In this document: positions 46,853-56,849 of the stretch, piece after piece
Layout: each line of letters opens with the position of its first letter
How positions within the stretch are numbered: position 1 is the first letter of the stretch
Origin: Candidatus Defluviibacillus avedoerensis
GTDB lineage: Bacteria; Pseudomonadota; Gammaproteobacteria; Burkholderiales; Burkholderiaceae_C
Reading direction: 5' to 3'
Length of the DNA stretch: 64,000 bases
Assembly (NCBI GenBank): GCA_016703665.1
Contig: JADJBS010000006.1
Coordinates: forward strand, 247,033-311,032
Notes under the pieces: generated by a model
What the model was told of the DNA's origin: nothing
Database searches by the model: none
What the model saw: only the letters and a program-made list of their open reading frames with translations
Program-made: the position numbers and the translations under genes

Positions 46853-49800
46853 TCAGTGATCAAGCACTGACGGCTGTGCTCGGGGGGACACGGGTGCCGG
46901 GAGCTTCGTCCAGCGACTCATACAGTCCACCAGGGCTTTTCTGGAAAACGGTTTGCCCAGAAAGTCATTCATACCGGCCTCTTTGCAGGCGACTTGGTCG
47001 GACTGCATGGCATTGGCCGTCAAGGCGACGATGGGCGTAACTTGGTTCGGGCCAAGTTTGGCACGGATTCGGCGAGTGGCCTCAAGGCCATCCATTTCGG
47101 GCATTTGCATGTCCATCAAGATCAGGCCATAGGCTTTTTGACTGGCCGCCGCCACCGCTTGCACGCCGTTCTCTGCCAGGTCAGCCGTACAGCCCAGGCG
47201 TTTGAGAATTTCCAGGGCCAGGACCTGGTTGATCTTGTGGTCTTCGACCAGCAGAACATGAAGCGCCGAATCCACAGAGGGTGCTGCCGCCGCGTTCTGC
47301 GCCTGCGAGGCCATGAGGCCACGCAACGTTGGCTCGGGCAAGGAAGGCGTCTCTGAGTTGCCGAATTCCGGTGCACCCGTTGGAACGAGAGGCAATTCAA
47401 ACCAGAAACAGCTGCCTTTTTGCGGTTCGCTGTCCACGCCGATGCGCCCCCATGCCCTCCACCAAACGCTTGCAAATCACCAACCCAAGCCCCGTGCCAC
47501 CGAATTTGCGGGATGTCGATGCATCTACCTGGGTAAAGTTAGTAAACAGCTTGCCCAGTGCGATTTCGGGGATCCCGATGCCCGTGTCCTTCACCTGAAA
47601 AAGCAGCCCCTCGCCACTGACCCTGACGCTCACCCGGACTTCGCCCGCACCCGTGAATTTGACGGCATTGCCTGCCAAGTTAAGCAAGATCTGCCGGATG
47701 CGCAGGCTGTCTCCCAAGTAGTAGCTATCCAAACCGGGGTCAAGGTCAACCGAGAAGGCAATGCCTTTCTCTTTGGCCCGCATGGTCAGTACCGAGGCAA
47801 TGGCGTCCGTCAGGACCGGCACCGAGAACGGATGCTGGTCATAGTCCATGCGCCCCGCCTCAATCTTGGACAGATCGAGAATGTCATTGATGATGGACAG
47901 CAGAGATTCGCCCGACACCGCAATGTGATGCGCGAAACCGCGTTGCTGGGCATCCAACTCGGTATCCAGCAATAGCCTCGCCATCCCAATCACACCATTC
48001 ATAGGCGTGCGAATTTCATGCGACATATTGGCAAGAAATTGGGATTTTTCACGGCTGGCACTTTCGGCGCTTTCTCTGGCCTGCCTGCTCGCCCGCGCAT
48101 ACAGCGCTGCTGCAAAAAGCGCCAAAATCAGCATGGTCCCCGCCAGCGCAATGAGCAAAAAACTCCAGGGCCGCTGGTCACTGATCCGCACCAAATCCGG
48201 CACAGGTTTTGGCAAATACACCTGCATACTGCCGCCCGCCAGTGCCCGGGACATCAACAGTGACGGCATCGTGCTGCCCGCAATTGCCACCAAGCTGCGG
48301 GTAGTGTCAGCGCCAGAATGCTCGACGCCAAGTGCGTCAAAGCGCTCGCGCTGATAGCGGGCCAGACTTGCTTCTTTTGACAACTGGCTCACCGTGGCAC
48401 CTGCAAGCGTCTTGAACATCAGCTTGGGATCTTCCGCCAGCACGATCACCCCATTGTCATCTGCCAAAAAGGCCTGGTTGGGCTGTGTCCAGCGCTGGAA
48501 TGCAGAAATATCGCGTTTGACCACCACAGCGCCCAGAAAGGCCCCTTGCTTGTCCTTCACTGGATAGGAGTAATACAGCCCCGGGATCTTGCTGACTTTG
48601 CCGACTGCGTACTGATGGCCCACATCCCCGCTGCGTGCCTGTTTGAAATACTCCCGCTCAGCGAAATTGGTGCCTGTAAAACTGGTGGGGCTGGCACTGT
48701 TGCTGGCTGCAATGCAGTCACCTGCGGCATTGACAATCCAGATCACGTCCGCGTCCAGCCCTGTTGCGGCGCTTTGCAAGAAGGCTAAATAACCTGACTT
48801 CACACTCGCGTCGTGCCACATGGTCTTGCGCTCTTCCAGTGGGAGGATCGAGGCTTTTGCCATCGGTCCCTGGCGCTCAAGGAGTCGCTTTGTAGCTTCC
48901 TCTTGCGCCAAGATTTTTGGCAAATTGCGCAGAATCCGAACAGCGTTGTTGATCTCGTCGGTGATGCCATTGATCTGCTTGTTTGTTTGTATCAGAGCGT
49001 CCTGGTAAGACTGCTCGGAAAGCTTGTCGCTGTAATAGCCAGACCCCAACCATGCCAGGGCCAACCAGACGGGGATGGCCACACCCACCGCCCGGTAACC
49101 CCAGCTGAGGCTAGGGTTCTGTGGACTGGCAATGAAGGTGGCGGCCAGCGTCACGAGGATCAACATGGACGTCACCACCACCACCACAGCCACCGTCGCA
49201 AGCGGCTGCATGGCAACGCCGTCAGCTGCGCGGTCGTCGCGAACAAAGTACGACGCCGCCATCGCAAGGTAATGCATGCCAGACACGGCAGCCCCCATCA
49301 CGATCGCACTCACCCCGACTGCATAGCTCTGAAAGCGACCTCGCCAAGACTGAAGCCAGAACTTGATCCAGAGCGCCAACACTGCCAACCCGATCGCCAC
49401 CACCAGGGAAATGACAAACAGGCGCAGGTCATACCGGATCAGGCCATCCAGTTCATAGGCAGCCATACCCGTGTAATGCATGGTGCCAATGCCCACACCG
49501 AACAACACACCACCGCCAAGCAATTGACGTCCAGTGACGCTGTCCTTGCTGATGATCTGGATGGCAAGAGTGGTCGCCACCATGCCCGGTATGGCTGACA
49601 GCGCGGTCACCAGGGGATCAAAACTCACCGCGCAAGGCAGGCTGAAAGCCAGCATGCCCAGAAAATGCATGGCCCAGATACCTGAGCCCATGCAAAGCCC
49701 ACCCACGACGAGCCAAATCCGCCGGACTCTGGGGCTGGCTGTGTGACTCACCACATTGGCCACCTGAAGCGCTGCATAAGCGGCGCAGATTGCCATCACC

Positions 49801-49892
49801 ACTGACAGAGCCACCATGGGCAGATCGTACCTGCCCTCGTACAGCAAGCTGTCTTGCGGCAGCTTCAGGACAAGTGGCAAAGAGGTGAACAT
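46853..49892 (-). pseudogene. MHYT-domain hybrid sensor histidine kinase (MHYT x3, periplasmic sensor, HisKA, HATPase, receiver) with the frame broken once
   Basis: 'WAMHFLGM', 'GTMHYTGM', 'SGMHYLAM'; '[18 protein letters not shown]'; '[14 protein letters not shown]'; receiver 'HVLLVEDHKINQ..LILMDMQMPEMDG'. The two ORFs (47397..49892 and 46853..47437) join if the C5 run at 47447-47451 loses one base ('[19 protein letters not shown]'). Confidence 0.8.
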
Positions 49893-49975
49893 GGCGCGTG
49901 AAGAAAGGACGGGCAGCCAACAAAACGGGCCGTGTCAAAACTATACGCAGTTCTGTTGCCCTTTGCAGCGAAGGG

Positions 49976-50689
49976 CTACTTTGGCGCGCGAGTGCCAAAT
50001 ATGGCAGACCCGACCCGCACGAGTGTGCTGCCCGCCGCAATCGCGGCGGCCATGTCAGCACTCATGCCCATTGACAAGGTATTGAACTGCTTGAATGCGG
50101 CAGGCTGCTGTTGGGCCAAAGCATTTGCAATATCGTCAAACAATGCTTTGGTTCGAAGGTGCAGGGCTTTTTGTGCTTCGAACCCGTCACTTGGCTCCGG
50201 GATACTCATGATGCCGCGCAGGCAAAGCCTGGGCAATGAAACGACCGCCAATGCCAACGTCAATGCCTGATCTGGCGTAACGCCCGACTTGTTGGCGCCG
50301 CCATCCACATTGACTTGAAGGCAGACCTGCAAAGCAGGCAAGCCCGGAGGCCGTTGCTCACTCAAACGTTCGGCAATTTTGAGGCGATCCACCGTGTGCA
50401 CCCAGTCAAAATGCTCTGCCACAGGTTTGGTTTTGTTGCTTTGAAGCGGTCCTATGCAATGCCATTGCAAGGGCAAATCAGCCAGGACGGCTATTTTGTC
50501 CAGCGCCTCCTGGACATAGTTTTCACCAAATGCTGTTTGGCCTGCGGCAAAGGCCTCACGCACCGCCTCAGGCCCCTGTGTCTTGGAAACGGCTAGCAGC
50601 TGGACGTCTGTGGTGGGGCGCCCCGATTGGGCACAGGCGGCAGCAATGGCCTGGTGAACGGTGATCAGGTTCGCGGCAATCATGGTCAT
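49976..50689 (-). CDS. yggS: YggS-family pyridoxal-phosphate homeostasis protein
   Basis: 'LLAVSKTQ' PLP-lysine block, 'FGENYVQE', 'HCIGPLQSNK'. Divergent from pilT as in many proteobacteria. ATG at 50689 or 50683; the longest ORF starts at TTG 50695. Confidence 0.85.
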   Translation of the reverse strand: MTMIAANLITVHQAIAAACAQSGRPTTDVQLLAVSKTQGPEAVREAFAAGQTAFGENYVQEALDKIAVLADLPLQWHCIGPLQSNKTKPVAEHFDWVHTVDRLKIAERLSEQRPPGLPALQVCLQVNVDGGANKSGVTPDQALTLALAVVSLPRLCLRGIMSIPEPSDGFEAQKALHLRTKALFDDIANALAQQQPAAFKQFNTLSMGMSADMAAAIAAGSTLVRVGSAIFGTRAPK

Positions 50690-50736
50690 AATCAATGCTA
50701 ACCTTTTCCCTGGCCCAGAAATCAGCGAGGACTACT

Positions 50737-51780
50737 GTGGACATTACCCAATTGCTGGCCTTCAGCGTCAAGAACAAAGCATCTGACTTGCACCTGTCAG
50801 CGGGTCTTCCGCCCATGATCCGGGTTCACGGTGATGTTCGGCGCATCAACGTTGAGGCGCTGGACCATAAGGCAGTGCACGCCATGGTGTATGACATCAT
50901 GAACGACGGTCAGCGCAAACACTTTGAAGAGTTTCTGGAGATTGACTTCTCTTTTGAAATTGAAGGCCTGGCCCGCTTTCGGGTCAACGCGTTTAACCAC
51001 AACCGAGGCTGTGGTGGCGTGTTCCGGACCATTCCGTCCAAGATACTGACCCTGGAGCAGCTCAACGCCCCCAAAATTTTTGGCGACTTGGCGCTCAAAC
51101 CGCGTGGCATGGTGCTCGTCACCGGCCCCACTGGGTCGGGCAAATCCACCACACTGGCCGCCATGGTCAACTTCTTGAACGAAACCGAATACGGCCATAT
51201 CCTGACAGTGGAAGACCCTATCGAGTTCGTGCACGAATCCAAGAAATGCCTGATCAACCAGCGCGAGGTCGGCCCCCACACCTTGAGCTTTGCCGCAGCG
51301 CTTCGGTCCGCCTTGCGCGAAGACCCCGACGCGATTCTGGTGGGTGAAATGCGTGACCTGGAAACCATTCGTCTGGCAATGACGGCCGCAGAAACCGGCC
51401 ACCTGGTCTTTGGCACGCTGCACACCAGCAGTGCGGCCAAGACCATTGACCGGATCATTGACGTCTTCCCGGCGGACGAAAAAGAAATGGTTCGCGCCAT
51501 GTTGTCAGAGTCCCTGCAGGCGGTCATATCGCAAACGCTTTGCAAAACGAAAGATGGCCAAGGACGGGTGGCCGCTCACGAGATCATGCTGGGCACGCCG
51601 GCCATCCGGAACTTGATACGCGAGGCCAAGGTCGCGCAGATGTATTCCACCATCCAGACCAGTTCTGGCGTCGGCATGCAAACCCTGGACCAGAACCTGA
51701 CGGACTTGGTGCGTCGCAACATCATCAGCGGCGCCGAGGCTCGCAGCAAAGCAAAGACCCCAGAAAACTTCCCTAATTGA
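50737..51780 (+). CDS. pilT: Type IV pilus retraction ATPase PilT
   Basis: GTG 50737 gives 'MDITQLLAFSVKNKASDLHLSAGLPPMIRVHGDVRRI'. 'GPTGSGKSTT' Walker A and 'AHEIMLGTPAIRNLIRE'. Confidence 0.9.
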   Translation: MDITQLLAFSVKNKASDLHLSAGLPPMIRVHGDVRRINVEALDHKAVHAMVYDIMNDGQRKHFEEFLEIDFSFEIEGLARFRVNAFNHNRGCGGVFRTIPSKILTLEQLNAPKIFGDLALKPRGMVLVTGPTGSGKSTTLAAMVNFLNETEYGHILTVEDPIEFVHESKKCLINQREVGPHTLSFAAALRSALREDPDAILVGEMRDLETIRLAMTAAETGHLVFGTLHTSSAAKTIDRIIDVFPADEKEMVRAMLSESLQAVISQTLCKTKDGQGRVAAHEIMLGTPAIRNLIREAKVAQMYSTIQTSSGVGMQTLDQNLTDLVRRNIISGAEARSKAKTPENFPN

Positions 51781-51783
51781 TGG

Positions 51784-51870
51784 AACACCCCCGTGTCGGC
51801 TTCGCCGCCTCCCTCTTTCTGGGGGCGCCGCCAGCGGCCTGGCAAAGCCAGTTCCGCGGCGACTGCTCGA
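51784..51870 (+). repeat. Structured intergenic repeat, copy B (REP-like)
   Basis: Same ordered blocks as copy A (33045..33140). Hairpin at 51827-51863 with an inner stem and AAA triloop. Located between pilT and pilU. Confidence 0.6.
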
Positions 51871-51924
51871 AGGGCCGTCACGTAATTCACTCACTATCCC
51901 GATAACTTAAAGGTCCGATGCACC

Positions 51925-53061
51925 ATGGAACGCGAACAAGCCAGTAAGTTCATCAATGACCTGCTGCGACTGCTGGTCAGCCGCAATGGCAGTGATCTGT
52001 TTATCACGGCCGAGTTTCCCCCTGCCATCAAGGTGGATGGCAAGATCACCAAGGTGTCCCCGCAAATGCTGGAGGCGGGCCACACGATGACGCTGGCGCG
52101 GTCAGTCATGAGCGACAAGCAGGCAGCTGAGTTTGAGCACACCAAAGAGTGCAACTTTGCGATTTCGCCCCCTGGAATCGGGCGATTCCGCGTCAATGCC
52201 TTTGTACAGCAGGGCAAGGTCGGTCTGGTCCTGCGGGTCATTCCCAACAAGATCCCCACCATTGACGACATGGGTCTGCCGCAGGTGTTGAAAGAGGTCG
52301 CCATGGTCAAGCGCGGGCTGGTTATCTTTGTGGGTGGAACGGGCTCGGGCAAATCCACCAGCCTGGCTGCCATGATCGACTGGCGCAACATCAACTCTTA
52401 TGGTCACATCATCACCGTGGAAGACCCAGTGGAGTTTGTGCACCCACACAAGAACTGCATCATCACCCAGCGTGAGGTGGGGCTGGACACAGACAGCTGG
52501 GACGTGGCCCTCAAGAACACGCTTCGCCAGGCCCCCGATGTGATCCTGATGGGTGAAATCCGGGACCGCGAAACCATGGAGCATGCCGTGGCGTTTGCCG
52601 AGACAGGCCATCTGTGCATGGCAACCCTGCATGCCAACAGCGCCAACCAGGCACTCGACCGGATCATCAACTTCTTCCCCGAAGAACGCCGTGCCCAGTT
52701 GTTGATGGACTTGTCGCTGAATCTTCGAGGCTTGGTGTCTCAACGCTTGTTGCCGCGCCAGGCCGGCAAAGGCCGCGCAGCCGCAGTTGAGATCATGTTG
52801 AACACCCCCCTGATATCGGACCTCATCTTCAAGGGCGACGTCAGCGAGATCAAAGAAATCATGAAGAAAAGCCGCAACCTGGGCATGCAGACCTTTGATC
52901 AGGCGCTGTTCGATCTGTTTGAAAACAACATCATCACCTTCGAAGACGCACTTCGCTCTGCTGACTCCGTCAATGATTTGCGCCTGCAGATCAAGCTGAA
53001 CAGCCAACGAGCCCGCACACAAGACTTGTCCGCCGGTACCGAGCATTTGCAGATTGTTTAA
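51925..53061 (+). CDS. pilU: PilT-paralogous pilus ATPase PilU
   Basis: 'FINDLLRLLVSRNGSDLFITAEFPPAIKVDGKI', 'GGTGSGKSTS'. 378 aa, immediately downstream of pilT. Confidence 0.9.
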   Translation: MEREQASKFINDLLRLLVSRNGSDLFITAEFPPAIKVDGKITKVSPQMLEAGHTMTLARSVMSDKQAAEFEHTKECNFAISPPGIGRFRVNAFVQQGKVGLVLRVIPNKIPTIDDMGLPQVLKEVAMVKRGLVIFVGGTGSGKSTSLAAMIDWRNINSYGHIITVEDPVEFVHPHKNCIITQREVGLDTDSWDVALKNTLRQAPDVILMGEIRDRETMEHAVAFAETGHLCMATLHANSANQALDRIINFFPEERRAQLLMDLSLNLRGLVSQRLLPRQAGKGRAAAVEIMLNTPLISDLIFKGDVSEIKEIMKKSRNLGMQTFDQALFDLFENNIITFEDALRSADSVNDLRLQIKLNSQRARTQDLSAGTEHLQIV

Positions 53062-53097
53062 CCCCTAATTCTTTTACCCCCTTCAAGACAGCCAACC

Positions 53098-54039
53098 ATG
53101 AGCAGCATTGCCAATAAATCCTACGAACCCTCTCCCGTTGCCCGCGTCGCCTTTTTGGGCCTGGGCGTGATGGGCTTTCCAATGGCCGGACACTTGGCAC
53201 GTGCCGGACACGACGTCACCGTCTACAACCGAACAGCTACTAAATCAATATCGTGGTGTGACGAATTTGCTGGCGGAAACCCCTTAAAGCATGCAAAAAC
53301 ACCACGGTCTACCGTGGCCAATGCGGATGTCGTGTTCTGCTGTGTCGGCAACGACGACGATTTGCGCGATGTGGTGCTGGGCAAGCTGGGCGCAGATGGC
53401 AAACGCGTGGACGATGGTGCGTTCGATGGCATGAAGCCTGGGACCATTTTTGTCGACCACACCACCGCATCTGCCAAGATCGCGCGCGAGCTGTATGCCG
53501 TGGCCAAATCGCGTGGCCTTCATTTCATTGATGCCCCAGTGTCCGGTGGACAAGCTGGCGCGCAAAACGGCATGTTGACCGTGATGTGCGGCGGGGATGC
53601 AGCTGAGTTTGAACTGGTGAGGCCTGTCGCCATGGCCTTCTCACGCGCCTTTACGCTACTGGGTGACAGCGGCGCGGGTCAACTGGCCAAGATGGTGAAC
53701 CAGATCTGTATCGCCGGTTTGGTCCAAGGCCTGTCTGAAGCGGTGGCCTTTGGTCAAAACGCTGGCCTGGACATGAACCAGGTACTGGACGTGATTGGCA
53801 AAGGCGCCGCGCAAAGCTGGCAGCTGGACAACCGTGGCAAAACCATGGTAGCCGACAAGTTTGATTTTGGTTTTGCGGTGGACTGGATGCGCAAGGACCT
53901 CGGTTTGGTGCTGGACGAAGCCAACACCAATGGGTCACGCCTGCCTGTGACAGCCCTTGTTGATCAGTTTTATGCGGACGTGCAGAAGATTGGCGGCAAC
54001 CGCTGGGATACCTCGTCGCTGATCAAGCGGCTGCGTTGA
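53098..54039 (+). CDS. NAD(P)-dependent beta-hydroxyacid dehydrogenase family oxidoreductase (3-hydroxyisobutyrate dehydrogenase-like)
   Basis: 'VAFLGLGVMGFPMAGHLARAGHDVTVYNRT' Rossmann motif; 'DAPVSGG'. Confidence 0.8.
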   Translation: MSSIANKSYEPSPVARVAFLGLGVMGFPMAGHLARAGHDVTVYNRTATKSISWCDEFAGGNPLKHAKTPRSTVANADVVFCCVGNDDDLRDVVLGKLGADGKRVDDGAFDGMKPGTIFVDHTTASAKIARELYAVAKSRGLHFIDAPVSGGQAGAQNGMLTVMCGGDAAEFELVRPVAMAFSRAFTLLGDSGAGQLAKMVNQICIAGLVQGLSEAVAFGQNAGLDMNQVLDVIGKGAAQSWQLDNRGKTMVADKFDFGFAVDWMRKDLGLVLDEANTNGSRLPVTALVDQFYADVQKIGGNRWDTSSLIKRLR

Positions 54040-54045
54040 GCCAGA

Positions 54046-54696
54046 TCAGCCTGCGGGTTTGGGTTCGACCATTGCAGGCGCCGGTGCTGGCAGCATGGAC
54101 TTAAGCTCTTCGTCCGTGATCAGCTCCAGAACGCGAACCACGCGCTGGACCCCGCTGATGCCACGGATGAGTTCGGTCGCGCGCCTGGCCTCACCCTGGG
54201 TCACGCGCCCCATCATGTAAACCACGCCACGCTCAGTCACGATCTTGAAACCATTGGACGAAATATCCTGTGCGTCTACCAGTGCCGCTTTCACCCTGGC
54301 TGTGACCAGGGCATCTGACGAACGCTGAGACAGCGAAGACACCCCTGCCAGAGAGAGTTCGTTGACAACAGTCCGCACGTTTTCGACCTTGCGCACAATG
54401 TCTTCAGCCTGTTTCTTATCCAGCTCGGAAGCAACCTCACCTGTCAGCAACACCTGACGGTTGTAGCTCGTCACATTGATATGGCCCTTGCCACTCAAGC
54501 GCGAGTTGCTGCGCAGCTCAATCCCTTCATCCTCCAGTTGTGCGCCGGACGTGCGACGGTCAGTGGCCACCATGCCACCACCCACCATGGCGCCACCCAG
54601 CAACAGAGGGGCACATCCACCGAGTGCCAATGCAAGGCCAGAAGTTGCCAGCACAACCGCTATCGGGCGTGCCAGTGATTTGAGGTTTGTCGTCAT
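54046..54696 (-). CDS. Dual-BON-domain outer-membrane lipoprotein (DolP/YraP-like)
   Basis: Lipobox 'LALGGC' and two BON-type repeats. Last gene of the yraN-SIS-BON string. Confidence 0.75.
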   Translation of the reverse strand: MTTNLKSLARPIAVVLATSGLALALGGCAPLLLGGAMVGGGMVATDRRTSGAQLEDEGIELRSNSRLSGKGHINVTSYNRQVLLTGEVASELDKKQAEDIVRKVENVRTVVNELSLAGVSSLSQRSSDALVTARVKAALVDAQDISSNGFKIVTERGVVYMMGRVTQGEARRATELIRGISGVQRVVRVLELITDEELKSMLPAPAPAMVEPKPAG

Positions 54697-55292
54697 GTCG
54701 GTACGTCCTGTTCACCAAGTAATTGGGTATCTACCCCATCGCAAATGCAATGAATCGCCAGGATATGCACCTCCTGGATGCGTGCCGTGCGCTCGTGCGG
54801 CACACAGACATGCACATCGGTTTCGCGCAGCGCACGGCCCATCTGGCCGCCGCCCCTACCTGTCAGGGCAATCACGGTCATTTCTCGCTCATGGGCGGCA
54901 ACAATGGCGGCCAGCACATTGGGTGAATTGCCGCTGCTGGAGATCGCCAGCAGCACGTCGCCCGGCGCTCCAAGCGCCCTGACCTGCTTGGCAAAGATCG
55001 CGTTGTAGCCGTAGTCGTTGCCGATGGCGGTCAGGATGGAGGAGTCGGTTGTCAGCGCAATGGCGCCAAGCTCTGGCCGCTCCCGCTCAAAGCGGCCGAC
55101 AAACTCTGCGGCAAAGTGCTGTGCATCGGCGGCTGAGCCGCCATTGCCGCATGTCAACACCTTGCCTCCGCTGGTCACACTGGCCAAAATGGCCTGCACG
55201 GCAGCGGCAATGGGTTTGCTCAGCGGCTCTGCCGACTGGTATTTGAGGTCAGCACTGTCAATGAAGTGCTGCTGGATGCGTTGTTCTAGCAT
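54693..55292 (-). CDS. SIS-domain protein of the GmhA/DiaA family
   Basis: 'VLTCGNGGSAADAQHFAAEF'. ATG 55292 gives the 'MLEQRIQQHF' N-terminus. ATGA-type overlap with the BON gene. Confidence 0.8.
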   Translation of the reverse strand: MLEQRIQQHFIDSADLKYQSAEPLSKPIAAAVQAILASVTSGGKVLTCGNGGSAADAQHFAAEFVGRFERERPELGAIALTTDSSILTAIGNDYGYNAIFAKQVRALGAPGDVLLAISSSGNSPNVLAAIVAAHEREMTVIALTGRGGGQMGRALRETDVHVCVPHERTARIQEVHILAIHCICDGVDTQLLGEQDVPT

Positions 55293-55347
55293 GGGCAAGG
55301 ATGATACCTGGGGCAATCAAGGCTATCTGAGGGCCAACGGACTGATG

Positions 55348-55740
55348 TCAAGCGGCGTCGAAAGCTGCTTTGAGCCATTCAACGCCTGTTGGTTCCACGC
55401 AGATGACGTCAAAGCGGCAAGGTGGCACTCTGTTCAGTCGCATCAGATAAAACCTGGCCGCAAAAATAAGGCGTCTTTGCTTGATCAACCCAATGCTCGC
55501 TGCAGCACCACCAAAGCGGATACTCGCACGTTTGCGGACCTCAACAAATACCAGCGTGCCATCGCGGTCCTGCATGATGAGGTCAATTTCCCCACCCCCA
55601 CGCCCCGGCGTCCGATAATTGCGCTGCACCAACGCCAGCCCTGCCGCACGCAAGTGCGCCAGGGCTGCATCCTCCGCAGCGTCTCCCCGTTGTTTGGAGG
55701 TGACTGACTTATTTTCTAGGAACACGATTGAGCGCCTCAT
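55348..55740 (-). CDS. yraN: YraN-family (UPF0102) predicted endonuclease
   Basis: 'GEIDLIM', 'LVFVEVRKR', 'CRFDVI'. Confidence 0.85.
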   Translation of the reverse strand: MRRSIVFLENKSVTSKQRGDAAEDAALAHLRAAGLALVQRNYRTPGRGGGEIDLIMQDRDGTLVFVEVRKRASIRFGGAAASIGLIKQRRLIFAARFYLMRLNRVPPCRFDVICVEPTGVEWLKAAFDAA

Positions 55741-56636
55741 TTGCCAAAGCCTTGGACGCAGCCCGCGAAGCAGCCGCCCAGCAGCATTATCCGCAAGGTG
55801 CGCTGTACATGGTGGCCACGCCCATTGGCAACCTGGCCGACATCAGTCTTCGCGCTCTGCACGTGCTGCAACTGGCTGACACGGTGGCCTGTGAAGACAC
55901 CCGCCACACGCAGGCCCTGCTGCGCGCCTATGGCATCAGCAAAAGCGGTGCACAAACCCTGGCCGTTCACCAGCACAACGAAGCCGAGGCAGCCCAACAA
56001 GTCGTGCAACGCCTCCAAGCGGGTGAACGCGTCGCCTATGTCAGCGATGCGGGCACCCCTGCCATCAGCGACCCCGGAGCCCGGCTGGCCGCCACCGTGA
56101 TCGCGGCCAACTTGCGCGTGCTGCCGCTGCCGGGGGCAAGCAGCATCATCACGGCCCTGAGCGCTTGCGGTGCGGTAGCGCCCCTCGATGAGGCCTCGGG
56201 GTTTTTATTCGCGGGTTTTCTGTCGCCCAAGGCAGGCATGCGGCAAGCTGCCATTGCCGCTTTTCAAGACGAGCCACGCAGCGTAGTGCTGCTGGAGGCA
56301 CCGCATCGCATCGAGGCGCTGGCCAAGGATTTGGCCGTCCTCGGCAGCCGCCGAATCAGCCTGGCGCGCGAGCTGACCAAGCAGTTTGAGCAAATTCACA
56401 CGCTACCCGCCAGCGAAGCATCTACCTGGCTGGCGGCTGACCCCCAGCACGCACGCGGTGAATTTGTGGTGGTGATCCATCCCGCGCCTGCCCAGGCATC
56501 CAGCGGCGACGGCGAACGGGTGCTTAAGCTGCTGATGACCGAACTGCCACTTAAAACCGCGGTTAAGCTGGCGGCCGAGATCAGCGGCGAATCCAAAAAC
56601 CTGCTTTACGAAAAGGCCTTGGCGTTCAAGGCCTGA
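55728..56636 (+). CDS. rsmI: 16S rRNA (cytidine1402-2'-O)-methyltransferase RsmI
   Basis: 'LYMVATPIGNLADISLRAL', 'CEDTRHT', 'VSDAGTPAISDPG'. Divergent from yraN as in E. coli. Confidence 0.9.
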   Translation: MSASFAKALDAAREAAAQQHYPQGALYMVATPIGNLADISLRALHVLQLADTVACEDTRHTQALLRAYGISKSGAQTLAVHQHNEAEAAQQVVQRLQAGERVAYVSDAGTPAISDPGARLAATVIAANLRVLPLPGASSIITALSACGAVAPLDEASGFLFAGFLSPKAGMRQAAIAAFQDEPRSVVLLEAPHRIEALAKDLAVLGSRRISLARELTKQFEQIHTLPASEASTWLAADPQHARGEFVVVIHPAPAQASSGDGERVLKLLMTELPLKTAVKLAAEISGESKNLLYEKALAFKA

Positions 56637-56845
56637 GCTTTGTGCGCGCAGTCCGCACATATGCAGGCCTTGCCTTGCGCATCTGGCGGTACTGTGGCCA
56701 GTAGCGCTGGTGTGAAGCCCATGTTCACGCACCAGCAAGGGGGCTGTGCTTCACCGCTTGCCTTTTCAAGTTCCATGGCACATGCGTTCAGCCTGCCGCA
56801 CAAGGGGCATTGATCGGGCGCAAACGGTGTCTCAACGGTCTTCAT
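56606..56845 (-). CDS. Small cysteine-rich CWC-type protein
   Basis: 79 aa from ATG 56845: 'CPLCGRLNAC..PPCWCV..CICADC'. Its 3' end overlaps the rsmI 3' end by 31 nt (convergent). Confidence 0.6.
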   Translation of the reverse strand: MKTVETPFAPDQCPLCGRLNACAMELEKASGEAQPPCWCVNMGFTPALLATVPPDAQGKACICADCAHKAQALNAKAFS

Positions 56846-56849
56846 GACC

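Noticed and set aside
47447-47451. The idea that the homopolymer frameshifts represent programmed phase variation or programmed ribosomal frameshifting.
   Set aside because: The tracts are only 4-5 nt long, far shorter than known slipped-strand contingency loci. No slippery heptamer or downstream pseudoknot context is evident. Assembly error or simple mutation is more parsimonious.
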